Shown: positions 20,048 to 30,898 of the stretch, piece after piece
Numbering within the stretch: the first letter of the stretch is position 1
Layout of the letters: each line of letters starts with the position of its first letter
Virus record (IMG/VR): IMGVR_UViG_3300021185_003351
Span: 32,001 to 96,000 of that record
DNA from: a virus
Reading direction: 5' to 3' (one strand)
DNA: 64,000 bases
Program-made: the position numbers and the translations under genes
The notes under the pieces: generated by a model
Database searches by the model: none
The model's input: only the letters and a program-made list of their open reading frames with translations
Told to the model about the DNA's origin: nothing

Positions 20048-21691
20048 ATGAAAATTTCATCTTTACTAGAAGACAATAATCCTTCCCAAAGAAATGCAGC
20101 GTTAAAAACTGTAACAAAATGGGAAAAGACAGGTCTTCTAGAAGGTTTAAAAACCGAAACAGAAAAAGCAGGTATGGCTCAGCTTCTTGAAAATCAAGCT
20201 AGACAACTTGTAAAAGAAGCATCATCAACTGGTACTACTGAAGGATCAGAAGAATGGGCTGGTGTAGCTTTACCATTGGTAAGAAGAATCTTTGCTGAAT
20301 TTGCAGCAAAAGAATTTGTTTCTGTACAACCAATGAATTTACCATCTGGACTAGTATTTTATTTAGATTTCAAATATGGAACTGAAAAAGCTGGATTTGA
20401 TGGTGATAATTTAAATGTAGCTGGCGATCCTTTTGGATCACCAAATGCTGACGATTCCATGTTTGGTGTAACAACTACTGCAGGAGATCCAACTGGTGGT
20501 CTTTATGGTGCTGGTAGATTTGGTTACTCACTCAATGATGTAGCAGTTACTGCTTCAGCTGTTGTTTCAGCAGCATCATCTGCATCTGTAAATTACGATT
20601 CATCATTTACTGGCAATAAATTATCTGAATATAACGTAGTAACTGTACCGTTAACATCGTTATCAGGTTCAGATTCAACTGCAGTTAGATCATTTATTAT
20701 CGAAACTGGATCTGGTACAATTGTGCAACATTCTGCATTTACAAAATTAAATGCTGCAAAAACTCATGTTGAGTTTTTAGTATCTGGATCAGCTGCATCA
20801 ATGACTGGTGTTGAATACATTGTTAAATTTAGTGAGCAACCAACTGACATCTCTAGAGGCGACTTTGAAGATTCAAATCCTTTTAAAGGTTCTGGTGCTG
20901 GTACTGGTATCAATAATGGTACTGATATTGACATTCCTGAAGTTAACTTAGAAATGCAATCAGATCCAATCGTAGCTAAGACTAGAAAGTTAAAAGCTGT
21001 TTGGACTCCTGAATTTGCACAAGATTTAAATGCATATCATTCAATTGACGCTGAAGCTGAATTAACTTCAATGTTAAGTGAATATGTATCAATGGAAATT
21101 GATCTTGAAATTCTAGATATGTTAATCAATGGTGCATTAACAACTGAATATTGGTCAGCTCAATCTAATCAATTCTTGAACGCAGCTGGTACAGCTTTTG
21201 AAGGAAGAGATGTTTCTGCAGGCGGATATTATAATACACAAGGAGAGTGGTTCCAAACTTTAGGAACTAAACTTCAAAAAGTATCTAACAAAATTCATCA
21301 AAAAACACTTAGAGGTGGTGCTAATTTCTTAGTTACTTCACCTGCTGTTGCAACTATCCTAGAATCTATTCCTGGATTTGCTGCTGACACAGATGGTAAC
21401 AAAATGGAATTTGCTGCTGGTGTTCAAAAAATTGGTGCAATCAATAATAGATACACAGTATATAAGAATCCATATATGAAAGAGAACGTAATCCTTATGG
21501 GTTATAGAGGAGCACAATTCCTTGAAACTGGTGCAGTATATGCTCCATACGTACCTTTAATTATGACTCCACTAGTATACGATCCTGTTAATTTCACCCC
21601 AAGAAAAGGTGTAATGACAAGATATGCTAAGAAAATGGTAAGACCAGAATTCTACGGTAAAGTATATGTTGCTGGATTAGACACTATTTAA
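20048..21691 (+). CDS. Major capsid protein (T4 gp23-like)
   Basis: PLVRR, VSVQPMNLPSGLVF, AKTRKLKAVWTPEFAQDL, YAPYVPL and FTPRKGVMTRY motifs. Confidence 0.97.
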   Translation: MKISSLLEDNNPSQRNAALKTVTKWEKTGLLEGLKTETEKAGMAQLLENQARQLVKEASSTGTTEGSEEWAGVALPLVRRIFAEFAAKEFVSVQPMNLPSGLVFYLDFKYGTEKAGFDGDNLNVAGDPFGSPNADDSMFGVTTTAGDPTGGLYGAGRFGYSLNDVAVTASAVVSAASSASVNYDSSFTGNKLSEYNVVTVPLTSLSGSDSTAVRSFIIETGSGTIVQHSAFTKLNAAKTHVEFLVSGSAASMTGVEYIVKFSEQPTDISRGDFEDSNPFKGSGAGTGINNGTDIDIPEVNLEMQSDPIVAKTRKLKAVWTPEFAQDLNAYHSIDAEAELTSMLSEYVSMEIDLEILDMLINGALTTEYWSAQSNQFLNAAGTAFEGRDVSAGGYYNTQGEWFQTLGTKLQKVSNKIHQKTLRGGANFLVTSPAVATILESIPGFAADTDGNKMEFAAGVQKIGAINNRYTVYKNPYMKENVILMGYRGAQFLETGAVYAPYVPLIMTPLVYDPVNFTPRKGVMTRYAKKMVRPEFYGKVYVAGLDTI

Positions 21692-21723
21692 TATTTAATT
21701 AATTATTAAATAATCTAAAAATT

Positions 21724-21752
21724 GAGAGGGGTGATTCGTCACCCCTTTCTTA
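21724..21752 (+). terminator. Rho-independent terminator after the capsid gene
   Basis: AGGGGTGA-TTCG-TCACCCCT stem-loop followed by TTCTT. Confidence 0.85.
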
Positions 21753-21784
21753 CTGTTTTGATATTTATTATAAAAAGAAGTACA

Positions 21785-22060
21785 ATGGCAGCTCCAAGGG
21801 TAAAATATTCAATACAAGCTAGAATACGTTATAAAGGTAATTTAGTCGACACATTAGACAGAATACGAGCTATTAGATTAGTTCTAATGGTTCATATAGA
21901 ACAAGACTTGGGTAAAGGATCAGAACTTATTACAATGAAGGTAATGTCCCCATATCCACCAACAAAAACATTTGAAGCAATTAGAAGATTATCAGTTGGT
22001 AAAATTGAATCATTAGAGCAAATGCAACTACTGCCAACTACTTTATTAAAATTAGAATAA
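21785..22060 (+). CDS. Hypothetical protein (start revised to ATG 21785)
   Basis: The start at 21722 in the ORF track overlaps the terminator. ATG 21785 follows TATTTATT at 21762. Confidence 0.65.
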   Translation: MAAPRVKYSIQARIRYKGNLVDTLDRIRAIRLVLMVHIEQDLGKGSELITMKVMSPYPPTKTFEAIRRLSVGKIESLEQMQLLPTTLLKLE

Positions 22061-22068
22061 GGATATAA

Positions 22069-23295
22069 ATGGCAGATTACAGTGAAAATAAACCAATATG
22101 GCCTGGCTCATCATCATTTGTTGCAGGAGATACCCCATTTGGATTTTTTGATAATGATACATTATTTCAACAACAAGCTGATAGCTTTGCTAAACATGCA
22201 GCTCAAAATGTTGGATATCCAATTATGGATGTAGAATTATTAGATATAAATTTTTATAATGCATTTGAATCAGCTGTTATTGAATATTCAAATCAAGTTA
22301 ATCAGGTTAATATTACAAACAACTTATTAAGTACCTTAGGAATACAAACCGGATCTGATTTTTTATCTGCAGATGGATTTTCTGATACGTTGGTTGGAGG
22401 ATCATTATCATATGTAACAAAACTATCAAAAACATATGGCACTGAAGCAGATTCAGGAGGTAATTTAAAATGGTTTTCTGCATCAATTGATGTACAACCT
22501 GGTCAACAAACATATAGTATAAAAAAAGCTGTAGAAGAAACATTAGGAATAACTTTAACAAATACAAGTTCAATTGAAGTAAAAAAAGTATTACATAATG
22601 TTCCACCAGCAATTATAAGATACTTTGACCCATTTGTAGGAACAGGATTAGGATCTCAAAATTTAATGGATGCGTTTGATTTTGGAGGATTTTCTCCTTC
22701 TGTTAATTTTATGTTGATGCCTTTACATCAAGACTTACTTAGAATACAAACAATTGAATTTAATGATAGAATACGAAAATCACATTTTTCATTTGATATA
22801 CATGGAGATGATATAAGATTATATCCAGTGCCTGGAACAACAGGAACAGCTGCAAATCCATTTTATAAAAACGTTTGGTTTGAATTTATATTTGAAGATA
22901 AAAAAGCTGACGAAGCAATATTATTTGGTAATACTGCAGCAACAAATGGAGTTGTAAGTGATGCATCTAATATACCATATACATATCAAAAATATTCACA
23001 AATTAATGATATGGGAAGAGCATGGATTTTCAGATATGGATCTGCGTTAGTTAAAGAAATGTTGGGATATGTTAGAGGAAAATATTCATCAGTACCAATA
23101 CCAAACTCAGAAGTAACATTAAATGGATCTGATTTAGTGACACAAGGACAATCAGAAAAAGAATCATTAATTACGCAACTAAGAGAATTTTTAGATAAAT
23201 TAACAAAAGAGAGTATGATGACAAGACAACAAGCAGAAAATGATGCAATGAATGAAGTACTGTCAAAAATACCAACTAAAATTTACGTAGGATAA
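22069..23295 (+). CDS. Neck/head-tail adaptor protein (T4 gp13-like)
   Basis: GYPIMDVEL at the N-terminus and WIFRY...KEMLG..RGKY..VP....VTLNG at the C-terminus. Lies after the capsid gene. Confidence 0.8.
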   Translation: MADYSENKPIWPGSSSFVAGDTPFGFFDNDTLFQQQADSFAKHAAQNVGYPIMDVELLDINFYNAFESAVIEYSNQVNQVNITNNLLSTLGIQTGSDFLSADGFSDTLVGGSLSYVTKLSKTYGTEADSGGNLKWFSASIDVQPGQQTYSIKKAVEETLGITLTNTSSIEVKKVLHNVPPAIIRYFDPFVGTGLGSQNLMDAFDFGGFSPSVNFMLMPLHQDLLRIQTIEFNDRIRKSHFSFDIHGDDIRLYPVPGTTGTAANPFYKNVWFEFIFEDKKADEAILFGNTAATNGVVSDASNIPYTYQKYSQINDMGRAWIFRYGSALVKEMLGYVRGKYSSVPIPNSEVTLNGSDLVTQGQSEKESLITQLREFLDKLTKESMMTRQQAENDAMNEVLSKIPTKIYVG

Positions 23296-23296
23296 A

Positions 23297-23818
23297 ATGG
23301 CGTTATTTGGAACAAAACGAGATGCTAGATTTCTAGCCGCAATTAACTCAGAATTATTAAATTCAATAATTGATACAGAAATTGAGTTTTTTAAGCTAGT
23401 TATAGAACAATCTAATTCAAATATATATGGCGAGTCTACATCAAAAACATATTTTAATTCTATATTAATTCCTGCATTGATTACAAAAGAAAACAAAACA
23501 TCAAATATGGATGATTATGGTCATACATATACACGAACAGCTCAATTTGGAATATCAAGAGATATTTTAGAGAAAGCATCATTTTATCCAGAAGTTGGAG
23601 ATATTATTAAATGGGATAATGAATTTTATGAATTGGATAACGTAGATGCAAATCAATATTTTTCTGGAAAAAATCCAGACACTTGGCCTAATGGTAATAA
23701 TTTTGGTTATAGTGTATCTGTTTTATGTGATAGTCATGTAACAAGACAAGCTCCATTAAATATTAGAAAAATGAGAATAGGTACAACAGATGATAATCAA
23801 TCGTATAAAGGATTTTAA
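23297..23818 (+). CDS. Neck/head closure protein (T4 gp14-like)
   Basis: NIYGE...F and PEVGDII...FYE motifs, plus synteny. Confidence 0.7.
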   Translation: MALFGTKRDARFLAAINSELLNSIIDTEIEFFKLVIEQSNSNIYGESTSKTYFNSILIPALITKENKTSNMDDYGHTYTRTAQFGISRDILEKASFYPEVGDIIKWDNEFYELDNVDANQYFSGKNPDTWPNGNNFGYSVSVLCDSHVTRQAPLNIRKMRIGTTDDNQSYKGF

Positions 23819-25065
23819 TGCCTAGAAATCGAAGACAAAATATTGATCGAAAAACAAATAAACCAGAATTAAAAAGTACTGTTTCAACAAGACCAGATTT
23901 AATATTAAATAGAGCAGAACAAGTACGACGAGATGACGACGTTGTTCGAACACCTAAGCGTACTGTATATGATATAGATTATGCAATAAAATGGTTTTTA
24001 GATAATGAAATCCAACCACAAGTTCAACATAATAACGAATTAGTTAAAATACCAATAGTATTTGCAAATGGCGAAAAATGGGATAACGTACGAAGATTAG
24101 GATATTTGCGTGATGAAAAAGGAATGCTTCAATCTCCAATAATTGTATTAAAAAGAAACTCATTATCAGAACGGGATACATTAAAAAAATTAGATGTTAA
24201 TAATCCAATACCGGGAAATCAAATTGTATATAAGCAAAAATATAACAAAAGAAATAGGTATATTGACGAATTAGTTCCAATACCAAAAAATAATACAATT
24301 GATTCAAAGGAATTATATACCGTTAATATTCCAGAATATGTAGATGTAGAATATGAAATGTTGATATGGACTGATTTTACTACACAAATGAATGAAGTAA
24401 TTGAACAAATAATGCCATATGGAACATTTGCTTGGGGAAATGAATTCAATAAGTATAGAACATTTATAAGAGATATTTCATTTGAAACTGTAAACACAGT
24501 TGGAGACGATAGATTAGTTAGAGCAACAATTCCACTAACAGTTAATGGAACATTATTATCAGAACAAGAATTTAGAATGTCGACAGTACAAAAAAGATAT
24601 TCAATTAAAAAAATACAATGGGCGTTAGTTATCGATGTTACAACTGATATATTTAGTACTACAAAAGTTCCACAAAAACTAATTGACGCTAAACAAAGAA
24701 TTATTTCTGGAAATAAAGTTATAGTTTCAAATCAATCATCTGGCGGAGGCGGCGGAGGCGCAGGTACCGAAATAACGCCAGCACTAATGAATTATTTAAC
24801 GCAATTAATAGAAAAACAAGGAGTTATAATTAATAATAATACTATATCAGTCACCGGAACACCAAATTATAATACTATTATAGGCGGCAGAGCTACTACA
24901 AAAGAATTTGATATTTATATCAATGGACAATATATAGATACAGCTGTATATGATTGGACTCCAAATGCAACAACAACACAACAAATAACATTTGATACTA
25001 CAGAATTAGGATATAATTTAGAATCTGATGATATAATTATTGTTAATGGAAGATGGAGTGAATAA
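23818..25065 (+). CDS. Tail terminator/sheath stabiliser (T4 gp15-like) with C-terminal extra domain
   Basis: IPIVFANGEKW and P.YVDVEYEMLIWT...QMNEVIEQI motifs, then a poly-Gly linker and an FDIYING domain. Confidence 0.7.
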   Translation: MPRNRRQNIDRKTNKPELKSTVSTRPDLILNRAEQVRRDDDVVRTPKRTVYDIDYAIKWFLDNEIQPQVQHNNELVKIPIVFANGEKWDNVRRLGYLRDEKGMLQSPIIVLKRNSLSERDTLKKLDVNNPIPGNQIVYKQKYNKRNRYIDELVPIPKNNTIDSKELYTVNIPEYVDVEYEMLIWTDFTTQMNEVIEQIMPYGTFAWGNEFNKYRTFIRDISFETVNTVGDDRLVRATIPLTVNGTLLSEQEFRMSTVQKRYSIKKIQWALVIDVTTDIFSTTKVPQKLIDAKQRIISGNKVIVSNQSSGGGGGGAGTEITPALMNYLTQLIEKQGVIINNNTISVTGTPNYNTIIGGRATTKEFDIYINGQYIDTAVYDWTPNATTTQQITFDTTELGYNLESDDIIIVNGRWSE

Positions 25066-25286
25066 TGGCTAGAAGACTAAAAGGCAAACAATTTGCTAAA
25101 CATTTAAAATTATCTGGATCTTTATCTATATCTGGATCTGATGATTCTCCGTTAGATAATAAAGCAGCTATACAAATAGATGGAGGAATTAATCAGATAG
25201 GAACAAATATAACTAGTAGTGTAGAAGGAATAATAGATGTTGGATTTTTCCCAACGTCCAGCGTATCAAAAACAATTATTCCTTAA
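25065..25286 (+). CDS. Small virion-associated hypothetical protein
   Basis: 73-aa ORF with SGS motifs and a TAATG overlap. Confidence 0.55.
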   Translation: MARRLKGKQFAKHLKLSGSLSISGSDDSPLDNKAAIQIDGGINQIGTNITSSVEGIIDVGFFPTSSVSKTIIP

Positions 25287-25334
25287 AGTATTTAATTCAA
25301 AAGTATTTGATATTTATATAAAAGAAAACATTTA

Positions 25335-27350
25335 ATGGCACAGGTAATTCAGCATAAAAGAGGTAGTTTAGAAAATTTAAAAAATGTAAATCCCGTTTTT
25401 AGAGGCGAAGTCTTATTAGCAACTGGATCTTTAAATGTACATTCTTCTGAGTTTGGAACAGTTTCACAACCAATCGAAATACAATTTATCGGAGGATTAA
25501 ATGACTACGAACCAGTAACAAAATTTTTTACAGGATCTGGATTACCTTCTATTACAACAGGTACATATGGAGATCGATTAGATGGTATAGTTTGGTATGA
25601 TTCAACAAGAAGACAACAATACGAATTAAATGCTACTGTAACAAATGATGCAGCAACGTCTGCAATTTTTACTGGAAGTCATATTGCAATTAGTCCAGAA
25701 GTATCTGCAGACGGCCAAGGAGTTATTGGTACACCATCTGATACAACATACACAGACGGATTTTTTGATACTTTTACTCCTGCTACTACTATAGGAAATG
25801 CAATAGATGAAATTAGTGAAGCATTTCTAGATTTAGCACCTGCAAAAGCAAAAACATTAACAGGTCAATCATTAACAAAAAATAGTCCTAGTACATTTAC
25901 TGGTAGATTAGCAGGAGGTTTACCTTCAGCTGATTGGTATGTAGGTACTACTGCATATTCTAATGTATCAACATTAACAAGTGCTACCTCAGTAGATTTA
26001 AGAAGTCCAGATCAAACAGAAACATTTAGAGCAGGAAAATCATCGTCATTGTCAGCAAATACATTGGAAGGCGGAGTGTCATCTAGTATTATATCTGGAT
26101 CTACACCGGAAGTATTTAGTAAAAGGGCATTTGATCCTGACGGAGAAGGAATTACTGGAAATATACGTATTTCAGATTTAGATGTATATAACACATTTTG
26201 GGCAAAGGCAAATGCTAGAATTGAACACACACTAACAAGCACAGGGTCATATAAATACAAAATATTAGCAGATGGAGCTGGAGAAACAAATGTTTATCAG
26301 TTATGGTATTTAGGATCTGGAACCAATTATCCAAATATATCAGTAACTGCACAGTCACCAGTAACAAGTTCAACATCATTTAATTATTTAAGTGGTATAA
26401 CATATTTAGCAGGAGCTACATTTGATTTAGCTATAACAGGAAGTGATTTATTTTATCCGATATATGAAACAGGTAATGTACATTTTAATTCCACAAACTT
26501 TTCAGCAAATTTAGCAACTGGTAGTCAAACATCAGATCAGCCACAATATAACGACATATTAGAATTAGATGTACAGCGATCATTAAAACAAAATATTAAC
26601 ACCGCTCAATCATCACCAACAGGTACAGTTACAGTAGAAAAACCAGGTAAGTCAGATGCATCTGCTACATATACATTAACACAAATGTTTGTTAATTCTT
26701 ATACGTCTGCAGATAATGCTGGATCTACAAATTCTGGAAACTCTCACGCAGAAGCATTTTTACATGAATCACATCGTTTAAATAATCTACAAGGTGGCGT
26801 ATGGAATAGCCAAACTACATTATCAGATGGAAATCTAGAATCACAAAATGGTAAGTTAATTGCTGGCAAATTTGGATCGACTGCCTATTCTGGATTTGTT
26901 GATGGAACAAATGTCGACACAGATTATGCAATATATTTTAGAAGATCAGATCCATCATCAGATAATAGACAAAATGGAACATTTACTATATCAAGAAATA
27001 CAAATGCATTTGCCTCATCTACTCCTATTTCTCCATGGGATTATCAAGGAGCAAATCCATCAGACGCAGTATTACAGGTTTCATTGATATTATCAGCTGA
27101 TGTTACCGGAGCACAAACAACTAATGCTGTATATGATCTCGGTAGATCAGTAGGAGATAATTCTGGTATAATAAAAGGAATTAGAAATACTATTACAACA
27201 AATAATAGTACTAGTTACACAGTTACATGGGCATTGCCATCAGGAATAAATACTGGTGCAGCTGCATCTGGATATGTTATAGTTTGGATACGTTATAAAG
27301 GAACAAGTGCAAGTGATTATTTAAATAATTTTAGTATAACATATTCATAG
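25335..27350 (+). CDS. Virion structural/fibre protein
   Basis: N-terminal IQHKRG...GEVLL fibre-type module, S/T/G-rich beta composition, TATTTATA upstream. Confidence 0.6.
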   Translation: MAQVIQHKRGSLENLKNVNPVFRGEVLLATGSLNVHSSEFGTVSQPIEIQFIGGLNDYEPVTKFFTGSGLPSITTGTYGDRLDGIVWYDSTRRQQYELNATVTNDAATSAIFTGSHIAISPEVSADGQGVIGTPSDTTYTDGFFDTFTPATTIGNAIDEISEAFLDLAPAKAKTLTGQSLTKNSPSTFTGRLAGGLPSADWYVGTTAYSNVSTLTSATSVDLRSPDQTETFRAGKSSSLSANTLEGGVSSSIISGSTPEVFSKRAFDPDGEGITGNIRISDLDVYNTFWAKANARIEHTLTSTGSYKYKILADGAGETNVYQLWYLGSGTNYPNISVTAQSPVTSSTSFNYLSGITYLAGATFDLAITGSDLFYPIYETGNVHFNSTNFSANLATGSQTSDQPQYNDILELDVQRSLKQNINTAQSSPTGTVTVEKPGKSDASATYTLTQMFVNSYTSADNAGSTNSGNSHAEAFLHESHRLNNLQGGVWNSQTTLSDGNLESQNGKLIAGKFGSTAYSGFVDGTNVDTDYAIYFRRSDPSSDNRQNGTFTISRNTNAFASSTPISPWDYQGANPSDAVLQVSLILSADVTGAQTTNAVYDLGRSVGDNSGIIKGIRNTITTNNSTSYTVTWALPSGINTGAAASGYVIVWIRYKGTSASDYLNNFSITYS

Positions 27351-27364
27351 GATAACAAAGAGAC

Positions 27365-28426
27365 ATGGCAATAAATAAAGAAGATAAGTCGTTTAAGATT
27401 CTAATTAATAAAGAATTTACAGATCCTAGTAGAGCATTCTTTCAAGAAAATACAGTAAGTACTTTAGATATAAATGATACGGAAGTATATACTTCTCCAA
27501 TAACTTCTGACACCGCTAGTGCAATTGCATCTGGCCATGCAAAACAACATACTCAATTCATATTAACTGCAGATGGTACATATCCAAATAATGCATTTTA
27601 TTTTATATCTGGATCAGGATTTACTCCGGGTAGTGATTCTATACCTTCATTCTCATCTAATCCAGAATTATATCAAAGAAATTTTTTAAGTGATAAATAT
27701 GGTGCAAACTATGAGATAAAATTATTTGAAAATGATGGAACTCAAATATTTAAAACAGATTCAATTAATTGGATATTTGATTATAAAACAGGTATACTTC
27801 ATATAGCAGATCCAGGAGGTAAAAACACTCCATATAAAGTTAGTGTTTTACAATATACTGGTGAAACATTAAGCGGATCATTAGCTAATGAAAGAGATGG
27901 AAATATTTGGAAACAAACCGGATCTGCATATACTACTCAAAATAATATTCAAATAACTGGTTCATTAGGTGTAACTGGAGGCTTATCTGGATCATTTTCT
28001 GGTTCTGGAGCTGATCTGTCTGGCATACCAGCATCTGGTATAGTAGGCTTAGAGTTATTTAAAATACAAACAGGATCTGTTTCTACAGCTGTAAATATTG
28101 GAACAACTAATATTTTCACTGTTAATAGTGGATCAACACAATTAGTAACTTTAAATAGTGATGGAGATTTAAAAGTTTCTGGAAGCTTAACTGCAGAGTC
28201 TTATATTATATCATCATCTGTATTATATATGACTCAGTCATTTTCGTCTGGATCTACCATGTTTGGAGATACATTTGATGATACTCATATTTTTACTGGA
28301 TCTTTATTTTTTACTGGAAGTGGAACATATACATCAATGAGTCAAGCAACATACAGTGAATTTGCATATCAAGACTCTAGAGGTGGACTAAGATTTAGTC
28401 ATGTAATTGATGGAGGAGCATTTTGA
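27365..28426 (+). CDS. Virion structural/fibre protein
   Basis: TGS/SGS repeats, FGDTFDDTHIFTGS segment and C-terminal IDGGAF. Confidence 0.6.
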   Translation: MAINKEDKSFKILINKEFTDPSRAFFQENTVSTLDINDTEVYTSPITSDTASAIASGHAKQHTQFILTADGTYPNNAFYFISGSGFTPGSDSIPSFSSNPELYQRNFLSDKYGANYEIKLFENDGTQIFKTDSINWIFDYKTGILHIADPGGKNTPYKVSVLQYTGETLSGSLANERDGNIWKQTGSAYTTQNNIQITGSLGVTGGLSGSFSGSGADLSGIPASGIVGLELFKIQTGSVSTAVNIGTTNIFTVNSGSTQLVTLNSDGDLKVSGSLTAESYIISSSVLYMTQSFSSGSTMFGDTFDDTHIFTGSLFFTGSGTYTSMSQATYSEFAYQDSRGGLRFSHVIDGGAF

Positions 28427-28779
28427 GTAATATTATACAATTGCGAAGATCTCTAATAGCAGGTACTAGACCAGTCGACCTAGAAGATGGTGAATTGTCT
28501 GTTAATGTATATGACGGAAAATTATTTTTTAAACGAAATGATGGTACCACATCAATTGAAGAAATTTTTGTAACTGACTCTTGGATAACAGGATCATTAC
28601 AATTTAAACAAGAAGACACAAATAATGATATTTTACTAATACGTGAAGTAGATAACACAAGATCATTAACAGTTACATCTCAAAGTGTATTAGTAGTAAA
28701 AGAACAATCTTTAACACCAGAAGCTGCTGAAGCTGGAATCATGTATTCCGGGAGTAATTTTTGGTTAGGATTAGAATAA
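28423..28779 (+). CDS. Small fibre-associated protein
   Basis: IQLRRS...P..L.DGELSVN..DGKLF is a common phage fibre N-terminal module. TTG start overlaps the upstream stop. Confidence 0.6.
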   Translation: MSNIIQLRRSLIAGTRPVDLEDGELSVNVYDGKLFFKRNDGTTSIEEIFVTDSWITGSLQFKQEDTNNDILLIREVDNTRSLTVTSQSVLVVKEQSLTPEAAEAGIMYSGSNFWLGLE

Positions 28780-28839
28780 TGAAAATATTTTAACAATATA
28801 TTTATAATAAAATAAAAAAATACTTTTAAAGGAGAATAA

Positions 28840-30606
28840 ATGGCATCATGGAAAAAAGTCATCGTATCAGGCAGTAATGCCGATTTAGCACAAATAACAT
28901 CATCAGCTGGAATAATAACTGCAGGAGATTTAAATGTTTCTGGTAATAGTTTTCTAGGAACTAATCCTAGCGGTAGAACAGAAAGCACTGGATCATTATT
29001 TATTTCTGGAGCACTTGTATTAGATACAAATACAGGAGGCGGATCCAATGTTGGAGGGTTTACATTTGATTTAGGACCAACATCTGATGCTAGAGATGGT
29101 AGAATAATAGTTACTCCAAAACATAGATATGGCGGATTTCAATATAAAGTTTTATCTGATGCCAATTATAGTAACGAAACAGTAATTGATCTTTACTCCG
29201 CCAACGCAGGAAGAACAGGATTTCTTGCACTTTATAATCAAAACACTAAAAATATACAATTATCTGCAGATGCTCAAGGAGCTATGTTTAATACTGCAAT
29301 GGTAATTGGAACAAATCAAGCTGCAAATGCATTTATTCAAAGTAATGATCCAAATGCACCAGACAATACTAATCCTTATAAATTAGCAGTAGCTGGTAGA
29401 TTATATGTTGGTACTGCTAATGGAGAACAAGCAATTCATAATATAACAGGATCTACAAATATAACAGGATCATTAAATGTTGATGGTACATTAACAGTTA
29501 CCGGAGATACATTACAAGAAGATTTACAAACAACAGGAACTACCAAGCTTGGTAATGATATGTCTGACAAGACAGAAGTTACAGGATCTTTAAATGTTAC
29601 TGGATCTAGTTTCTTTCAAGGAAGTGGTATTTTTAGTGGGTCAGAGGCAAAAGTAACAATTGATCCATATGCTACTAATGTAATTGAAATACAAGATGCT
29701 GGCGGCGGAACAACACAAAAATTAAGATTTAGAAATGCTGTAGGCTCTGAGGAAATAGTACTTCATGGTAATGATACTGATAATAGAATATTCTTGAACG
29801 GCGGAGGCAGTACTGATGTCATGCTTAGGACAGCCAATAGCTATTTTGGAGGCAAGTTGAGTATAGGTGCCGCCTCTTACGATAACGATAATACATTATC
29901 TGTAACAGGTAATGCAAAAGTAACAACAGGTATTACTGGATCTTATTTAACTGATAATAAATTATTAACTGCCGGAAGTGTAGGACAAATTGAATCAAGT
30001 GCAATAACTTGGGATGATACCACATTAACAGTAGGATCATCAGGAGCAGGACATGTTTATGCAACTCAAGTAACTGCATCAGAAGTTAAGATATCTAGTT
30101 TAGCAGCTGACAGAATTGTATTTGTTAATTCAACTAATCAATTAGAAGATTCCGCAAATTTACAGTATGATGATGATGGCGGATTAAATGTAGGCGGAAA
30201 ATTATCTTTAACCGGTGATTTAATTGTTTCTCATAACTTAACAGTTCAAGGAACAGCATCGTTTCAAAACACAGAAGACTTAGACGTTAAAGACAGATTT
30301 ATAAGAATGGCGTCGGGTTCTACCACAACTGGAGATGGTGGATTTGCAGTACAGCAAACAGGTCCATTAGACACAGAAGGATTTGGATATGATAGTGCTT
30401 TACAAAGATGGGGAGTTACTTCATCGTTTGATGCATCACAAAATGCATTAAATCCAGCAGCATTTATGCCAATGACAATTAATGGAACAGAAAATGTACC
30501 AACCTCTAATCAAGTAGCAAATGAAACTAGATACAAAAAAGCTGGTAACATGTATATTGATACAAATGCTTCCATGGAAGAAGGCGGCGTTTGGATATAC
30601 GTATAA
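28840..30606 (+). CDS. Fibre-like virion protein
   Basis: MASWKKVIVSGS N-terminus shared with the 30977 gene, beta-repeat body, AAGGAG RBS. Confidence 0.65.
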   Translation: MASWKKVIVSGSNADLAQITSSAGIITAGDLNVSGNSFLGTNPSGRTESTGSLFISGALVLDTNTGGGSNVGGFTFDLGPTSDARDGRIIVTPKHRYGGFQYKVLSDANYSNETVIDLYSANAGRTGFLALYNQNTKNIQLSADAQGAMFNTAMVIGTNQAANAFIQSNDPNAPDNTNPYKLAVAGRLYVGTANGEQAIHNITGSTNITGSLNVDGTLTVTGDTLQEDLQTTGTTKLGNDMSDKTEVTGSLNVTGSSFFQGSGIFSGSEAKVTIDPYATNVIEIQDAGGGTTQKLRFRNAVGSEEIVLHGNDTDNRIFLNGGGSTDVMLRTANSYFGGKLSIGAASYDNDNTLSVTGNAKVTTGITGSYLTDNKLLTAGSVGQIESSAITWDDTTLTVGSSGAGHVYATQVTASEVKISSLAADRIVFVNSTNQLEDSANLQYDDDGGLNVGGKLSLTGDLIVSHNLTVQGTASFQNTEDLDVKDRFIRMASGSTTTGDGGFAVQQTGPLDTEGFGYDSALQRWGVTSSFDASQNALNPAAFMPMTINGTENVPTSNQVANETRYKKAGNMYIDTNASMEEGGVWIYV

Positions 30607-30609
30607 TAA

Positions 30610-30852
30610 ATGTTAAAACAGTTACAAAAATTTATGGGATTTACAGCAAAAAATATTGATGTAAAAAATCAAGAAAAAATTAAAATTAAAAAAGCCAAAG
30701 TGCCAGAACCAACACAACCTATATCTCAATTAACTAACACAGAAATAGTATGGTTAATGGGGTTAATTAAATCTGGTACTTTTAAAGGTGAAGATGTTCA
30801 AACTGTATATGAAACAGTTGTTAAGTTACAAATCATGTTAAATCAATCATAG
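30610..30852 (+). CDS. Small hypothetical protein (possible fibre chaperone)
   Basis: 80-aa ORF directly after a fibre gene. The true start may be the second Met. Confidence 0.5.
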   Translation: MLKQLQKFMGFTAKNIDVKNQEKIKIKKAKVPEPTQPISQLTNTEIVWLMGLIKSGTFKGEDVQTVYETVVKLQIMLNQS

Positions 30853-30898
30853 TTTGTATTTGATCTTAGAAAATAAATTATTATAATATTTATATTAA

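Noticed and set aside
12206-21691. Introns or inteins in terminase, portal or capsid genes
   Set aside because: The ORFs are continuous, of expected size, and lack splicing or homing endonuclease motifs.
21722-21784. N-terminal extension of the ORF after the capsid gene
   Set aside because: It overlaps the terminator and promoter motif, so ATG 21785 is the better start.
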